In this document: positions 15,575 through 19,195 of the stretch, piece by piece | How positions within the stretch are numbered: position 1 is the stretch's first letter | Layout of the letters: each line of letters begins with the position of its first letter | From: Bacteroidales bacterium UBA4353 | GTDB taxonomy: Bacteria > Bacteroidota > Bacteroidia > Bacteroidales > Paludibacteraceae | NCBI GenBank assembly: GCA_002394025.1 | Contig: DGSV01000036.1 | Coordinates: 3,431-22,625 of the forward strand | Reading direction: 5' to 3' | Length of the DNA: 19,195 nucleotides | Program-made: the position numbers and the translations under genes | Notes under the pieces: model-generated | What the model was told of the DNA's origin: nothing | Seen by the model: only the letters and a program-made list of their open reading frames with translations | Database searches by the model: none

Positions 15575-15630
15575 GATTGTATATATTTATTTTAACAAAG
15601 AACAAAGAAAGCCAGAAAACCAGAAAAAAG

Positions 15631-16734
15631 TCAAAAAGCCTCACTGACCGTCAGATAGAACTCCGGTACACGATTATAATTACCTTTTGCAACATCTACT
15701 CTAAGATGCATTTGCGAGTCGTTGAGCCTTGCACGCAAACCAGCCCCGTAGGAGAATTTTACTTTGTCGGTCTTTACATTTCCATAATCATAGACATCCC
15801 CCGCAGCAACGAAAACATGCAGTTTCAATCGCCAGAAAAGGGGTATGCGATACTCAAGTTGCGCCGTCCATGAAAAATCACCTGTAAATAAGTTTCTTTT
15901 GATACCTCTCAATCGGTCTTCGCCTCCTAACGTACAGCGATCATAAAAAGGAACATCCCCCCATGAAGCGTCGCCATACACCTGCCAACATATTACTTGT
16001 CCACGCCATGTAGGAAAATAATGACGGTAATCGAATGTCGCTTTGCCATAACTATATTTACTGATTGAACCAAGATGCTGTGTTAAGGTTGTTTTAACAA
16101 ACACTCCTTTTGATGTCCAGAAACGATTATCACGACTATCATAAGCACCCTGTAAACCTATCGCTGCCTGAAAATGTTTGCCCCAACCAACAGCTCCATC
16201 CACGATAAGAACAGAGTCCTGAACAGCACTTTTTGCCGCACTGACTTTGTTTTCTGTGTAACAAAACAACACCTGACAGCCGGCAATCCAATTATTTGGG
16301 AACTCATGATGTGGTTGGAAATCAACCTTGAACTGATTCATTACATAGGAGAGGCGAAAGCCGTCATCACTATTCCCCGGAGTATAGTACGTATATGGGT
16401 AGTAGCGATACGAGACGCTACTATTGAGATAGGTACGCTTGTCCTGACCGACATAGAATTTCGGAGCCACATAGGCGTTAACCTGATTGCGCAGGGTATA
16501 AATCACTCCGAAAGTCACGTTACTGACTCGACGCTTATCGCCCGTGGGGAAATAAAAGCCACCGGCAGCCCCAAGTCCAAGACTCGTTTCCGGCGAATAA
16601 GACACCTGCGGCATAAGATACCACGTACTGCCAAAAGTTGTGCGCGCCAGCAATGAGTCAATAAAATTACCTTTCGCCATCACCGAACTCAGCGACAGCG
16701 ACAGAATTAAAAAGACTATGTAACGATTTTTCAA
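15631..16734 (-). CDS. Outer-membrane beta-barrel protein, possibly an Omp85/surface-antigen-like barrel without POTRA domains. Signal peptide MKNRYIVFLILSLSLSSVMA. TTG start. C-terminal aromatic residue (…LTVSEAF).
   Basis: Signal peptide, alternating-hydrophobic beta-strand pattern rich in Y/G/N, and a terminal Phe typical of outer-membrane proteins. No in-frame ATG preserves the signal peptide, so the TTG at 16732-16734 is the only start that does. Confidence 0.55.
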   Translation of the reverse strand: MKNRYIVFLILSLSLSSVMAKGNFIDSLLARTTFGSTWYLMPQVSYSPETSLGLGAAGGFYFPTGDKRRVSNVTFGVIYTLRNQVNAYVAPKFYVGQDKRTYLNSSVSYRYYPYTYYTPGNSDDGFRLSYVMNQFKVDFQPHHEFPNNWIAGCQVLFCYTENKVSAAKSAVQDSVLIVDGAVGWGKHFQAAIGLQGAYDSRDNRFWTSKGVFVKTTLTQHLGSISKYSYGKATFDYRHYFPTWRGQVICWQVYGDASWGDVPFYDRCTLGGEDRLRGIKRNLFTGDFSWTAQLEYRIPLFWRLKLHVFVAAGDVYDYGNVKTDKVKFSYGAGLRARLNDSQMHLRVDVAKGNYNRVPEFYLTVSEAF

Positions 16735-16753
16735 GCGCTTAAGGCACTGACGA

Positions 16754-17314
16754 TTACACCGTCATAATCTCTTTTTCTTTGGCTGCGAGTACCTCATCCA
16801 CACGCTTGATGAATTTATCGTGGATTTTCTGTACTTCAGCTTCAGCATCTTTTTCGATATCCTCACTGAGCCCGTTTTTAACGAGTTTCTTAAGGCGTTC
16901 AATGGCATCACGACGTGCGTTACGAACACTAACCTTGGCATTCTCACCCTCTCCGCGACATTGCTTAACGAGTTGCTTACGGCGCTCTTCGGTCAGCGGC
17001 GGTATTGCAAGACGTATCACCTCACCATTATTGACAGGTGTTATGCCTACTTCAGAATTTATGATGGCACGTTCTATGTCACCTATCATCTTTCGATCCC
17101 AAGGTTGGATGGAAATAGTGCGCGCATCAGGAGTTGTTACCGTAGCCACGCCCGACAGCGGTGTCATCTGACCATAGTACTCGACCTTGATACCATCAAC
17201 AATTTTGATATTGGCCTTGCCGGCACGTATGTGCGCTAGTGTATCGTCAAGAAACATCACGGCAGCCTCCATGGCTTCAGCGGCCTGATCTTGATATTTT
17301 TTTACTTCTTCCAT
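16754..17314 (-). CDS. frr: Ribosome recycling factor.
   Basis: Full-length match to the Frr pattern (…[20 protein letters not shown]…[17 protein letters not shown]…). Length 186 aa. Confidence 0.92.
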   Translation of the reverse strand: MEEVKKYQDQAAEAMEAAVMFLDDTLAHIRAGKANIKIVDGIKVEYYGQMTPLSGVATVTTPDARTISIQPWDRKMIGDIERAIINSEVGITPVNNGEVIRLAIPPLTEERRKQLVKQCRGEGENAKVSVRNARRDAIERLKKLVKNGLSEDIEKDAEAEVQKIHDKFIKRVDEVLAAKEKEIMTV

Positions 17315-17325
17315 GTGTATATAAT

Positions 17326-18036
17326 TTAAGTTGTTACTAACGTTCCTATGTTTTCGCCATCAATCACCTTCTTGAGATTGCCGGGTACATCCATATTGAA
17401 AACATATATCGGCATACCGTTTTCCTTGCACATGGTAGTTGCCGTGAGGTCCATCACGCGCAGGTTACGGTTATATATCTCGTCATAGGTTATGACGTCG
17501 AACTTCACAGCCTCGGGGTCTTTTTCGGGATCAGCGGTATATATGCCATCCACCCTTGTGCCTTTAAGCATGGCATCAGCTTCCAGTTCTATGGCACGCA
17601 AACTCGAACCGGTATCTGTAGTGAAATATGGCGACCCTGTACCACAAGAACATATCACCACTTCGCCTCGGTTCAGAGCTTCAATGGCTCGGTCCTTGAT
17701 GTATAATTCACCTATTGGTTCCATACCTATCGCCGTCATAACCCGTGCTCGCTGACCTTGTGCCGCTAATGCGGAGGCCAGAGCCAAAGAATTAATCACT
17801 GTCGCCAACATACCCATCTGGTCGCCTTTGACGCGATCAAAACCGCGAGTGGCACCACTAAGACCGCGGAAGATATTACCACCGCCAATCACTATTGCTA
17901 CCTCTACACCGCAATCAACTATAGACTTAATCTGAACAGCATACTGCGAAAGACGGGCTGTGTCAATGCCGTAACCTTGCGAACCCTGAAGCGACTCACC
18001 GCTGAGCTTGAGTAAAATTCTGTTAAAACGAGGCAT
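17326..18036 (-). CDS. pyrH: UMP kinase. Start taken at [16 protein letters not shown] (ATG 18036). An alternative upstream ATG at 18090 (MSDQTVKEEIVNDQIVNN…) would overlap the thioesterase stop as ATGAGTGA.
   Basis: [18 protein letters not shown] and the rest of the conserved UMP-kinase core. The frr-pyrH adjacency is conserved. Confidence 0.85.
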   Translation of the reverse strand: MPRFNRILLKLSGESLQGSQGYGIDTARLSQYAVQIKSIVDCGVEVAIVIGGGNIFRGLSGATRGFDRVKGDQMGMLATVINSLALASALAAQGQRARVMTAIGMEPIGELYIKDRAIEALNRGEVVICSCGTGSPYFTTDTGSSLRAIELEADAMLKGTRVDGIYTADPEKDPEAVKFDVITYDEIYNRNLRVMDLTATTMCKENGMPIYVFNMDVPGNLKKVIDGENIGTLVTT

Positions 18037-18082
18037 ATTATTTACGATTTGATCATTTACAATTTCTTCTTTTACGGTTTGG

Positions 18083-18826
18083 TCACTCATTTTCAAGCCA
18101 ATGCACCATTGCTCTGCATGCAACCGTCTCACCATTCGACACCTCAAACACCATTGAGCCTTCATGCTCGGCGCGTAGCAACACAGCCGTCTGACCTTGA
18201 GTAATCTCATGGACATAATTGACATCGAAACGACGCACCTGATGAGCATAATGATATTCCGGTTCAATCGTATCAAGCATCCACTCTATATATTTCATGC
18301 TATTGGTATGTCCATTGAAATCAATATCGGAATAAACCACTTTATGTTCTCCGACAACTGGTATGTCATCAAGTACGGGCACACGCGCCGGAGGGGTTAT
18401 CGGTACCGTTTCGCCGGTTGCGAACACCGTAAATTCCGGATAATTGCGCAAATCAACAGGGCGACGTGTATTGATATCTATTAGCGCCCATTGCGACATT
18501 GCATAACCTATCACGCGCTCCTCACTATCGCGGATGATAAAATTACGCACCGTGGCGATACGTCCATAGTCCTGAACCCAGGTCTCTATGCTAATCCATT
18601 CATACTGATTGGGCAATGATGTCATTTCAACGCCAAGCCGCGAAAGCACCCAAGTCACGCCGCGTTCTATCATACCCATAGAGCCAAAACCATTCTCCTG
18701 AGCGGCAAAACCAGCAACATTGAGCAAATAACTTTCAAGAGCCACTAAGCGCAATTTTTCACGAAGATTAACCTCTTGAGGCAAAATTTGATAACGATAA
18801 AGTTGATGTTTAGGAGCTAAAACCAT
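18083..18826 (-). CDS. Acyl-ACP thioesterase (tandem hotdog fold, FatA/FatB-like bacterial family). Start taken at MVLAPKHQLYRYQI (ATG 18826).
   Basis: The second-hotdog motif YSDIDFNGHTNSMKYIEWML matches the DINGHVNNxKYIEW signature of acyl-ACP thioesterases. Length about 247 aa. Confidence 0.7.
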   Translation of the reverse strand: MVLAPKHQLYRYQILPQEVNLREKLRLVALESYLLNVAGFAAQENGFGSMGMIERGVTWVLSRLGVEMTSLPNQYEWISIETWVQDYGRIATVRNFIIRDSEERVIGYAMSQWALIDINTRRPVDLRNYPEFTVFATGETVPITPPARVPVLDDIPVVGEHKVVYSDIDFNGHTNSMKYIEWMLDTIEPEYHYAHQVRRFDVNYVHEITQGQTAVLLRAEHEGSMVFEVSNGETVACRAMVHWLENE

Positions 18827-18929
18827 ATTACGAGACACATTAACAACATTTTTAATAAACCCACATCCAAGCCTCATAATGAGTAGTGGTTAGGTAAACA
18901 AACGAAATTATTGAACATTTTATGATACG

Positions 18930-18937
18930 CAAAAATA
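18930..18937 (-). promoter_or_regulatory. Candidate minus-strand -7 element TATTTTTG (plus strand reads caaaaata), about 100 bp upstream of the thioesterase ATG. Possible promoter for the thioesterase-pyrH-frr-OMP-ribE block.
   Basis: TAnnTTTG match on the reverse complement. The leader would be long, so confidence is low. Confidence 0.3.
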
Positions 18938-19039
18938 CAAAAACATTTTCAATTGTTAAAATGAAAAATAAAAAATTAGGATATTTTCAAAAAAATCAAA
19001 AAAAAGATAATAATTTATTGCCGATAATAAAAAAAATCG

Positions 19040-19047
19040 TAACTTTG
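19040..19047 (+). promoter_or_regulatory. -7 element TAACTTTG on the plus strand, pointing to a gene beyond the window end.
   Basis: Exact TAnnTTTG match in an AT-rich intergenic region. Confidence 0.3.
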
Positions 19048-19195
19048 CGCAAGAAAAGTCGAAAAGTGTACGAGTATTTAGTTCTTATTTCAACTCCTAA
19101 AGTCTATAATTATTCAAAAAAGCTCTGCTACTCAATTATTTGTGTGTACACAATTACGGCTTACCTATAAGCTAACAAACTTCTTTTAACGGCAA

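Noticed and set aside
16174-17239. Plus-strand ORFs (160, 130 and 139 aa) opposite the OMP and frr genes
   Set aside because: Antisense to confidently assigned genes and without motifs. A Ser/Arg-rich composition typical of shadow frames.
18922-19170. 82-aa K/N-rich ORF in the terminal AT-rich region
   Set aside because: Its composition is dictated by A-tracts, it overlaps a promoter-like motif, and it has no plausible start context. Most likely non-coding.
1-19195. Search for mobile elements, CRISPR arrays, restriction-modification or toxin-antitoxin pairs, and phage-defence operons
   Set aside because: No transposase, integrase or recombinase, repeat-spacer array, or characteristic defence ATPase/nuclease pair was found. 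Gene content is housekeeping or core and GC is uniform, so this is not an accessory island.

Overview
This reads as a core chromosomal segment of a Bacteroidales (Bacteroidota) genome. Several putative promoters carry the Bacteroidetes TAnnTTTG -7 motif, Shine-Dalgarno sequences are mostly absent, and GC content is moderate.

Genes left to right:
- A partial tRNA 3' half at the window edge.
- ispE.
- gyrA plus a co-transcribed secreted TPR protein, ending in a clear rho-independent terminator.
- A 320-bp ORF-free leader, then a yqiJ/NfeD-like membrane protein, a flotillin/YqiK-like SPFH protein and a PUR-alpha-like (DUF3276-type) nucleic-acid-binding protein.
- A divergent Hsp20 gene.
- Two tandem FKBP-type PPIase lipoproteins translationally coupled to a phosphohexomutase (GlmM-like).
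- On the minus strand, a CE4-like polysaccharide deacetylase, divergent from an EEP-family nuclease/phosphatase and a USP-like protein.
- rsgA.
- A minus-strand block: ribE, an Omp85-like beta-barrel OMP with a TTG start, frr, pyrH and an acyl-ACP thioesterase.

I see no transposase, integrase, CRISPR array, toxin-antitoxin pair or recognisable defence gene. Nothing here is compelling as an undescribed system.

The most unusual local signals are:
- A canonical GGAGGA Shine-Dalgarno sequence on hsp20, unexpected in a Bacteroidetes genome.
- A perfect inverted repeat and helically phased T-tracts in the hsp20/FKBP divergent regulatory region.
- Gly at the GyrA position equivalent to E. coli Asp87.
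- A 10-bp perfect tandem repeat inside back-to-back divergent promoters.
- Translational coupling of FKBP lipoproteins to the phosphohexomutase.
- A signal-peptide OMP with a TTG start embedded between frr and ribE.

Every call rests on reading motifs in the translated ORFs and in the DNA by eye. No database search was run.
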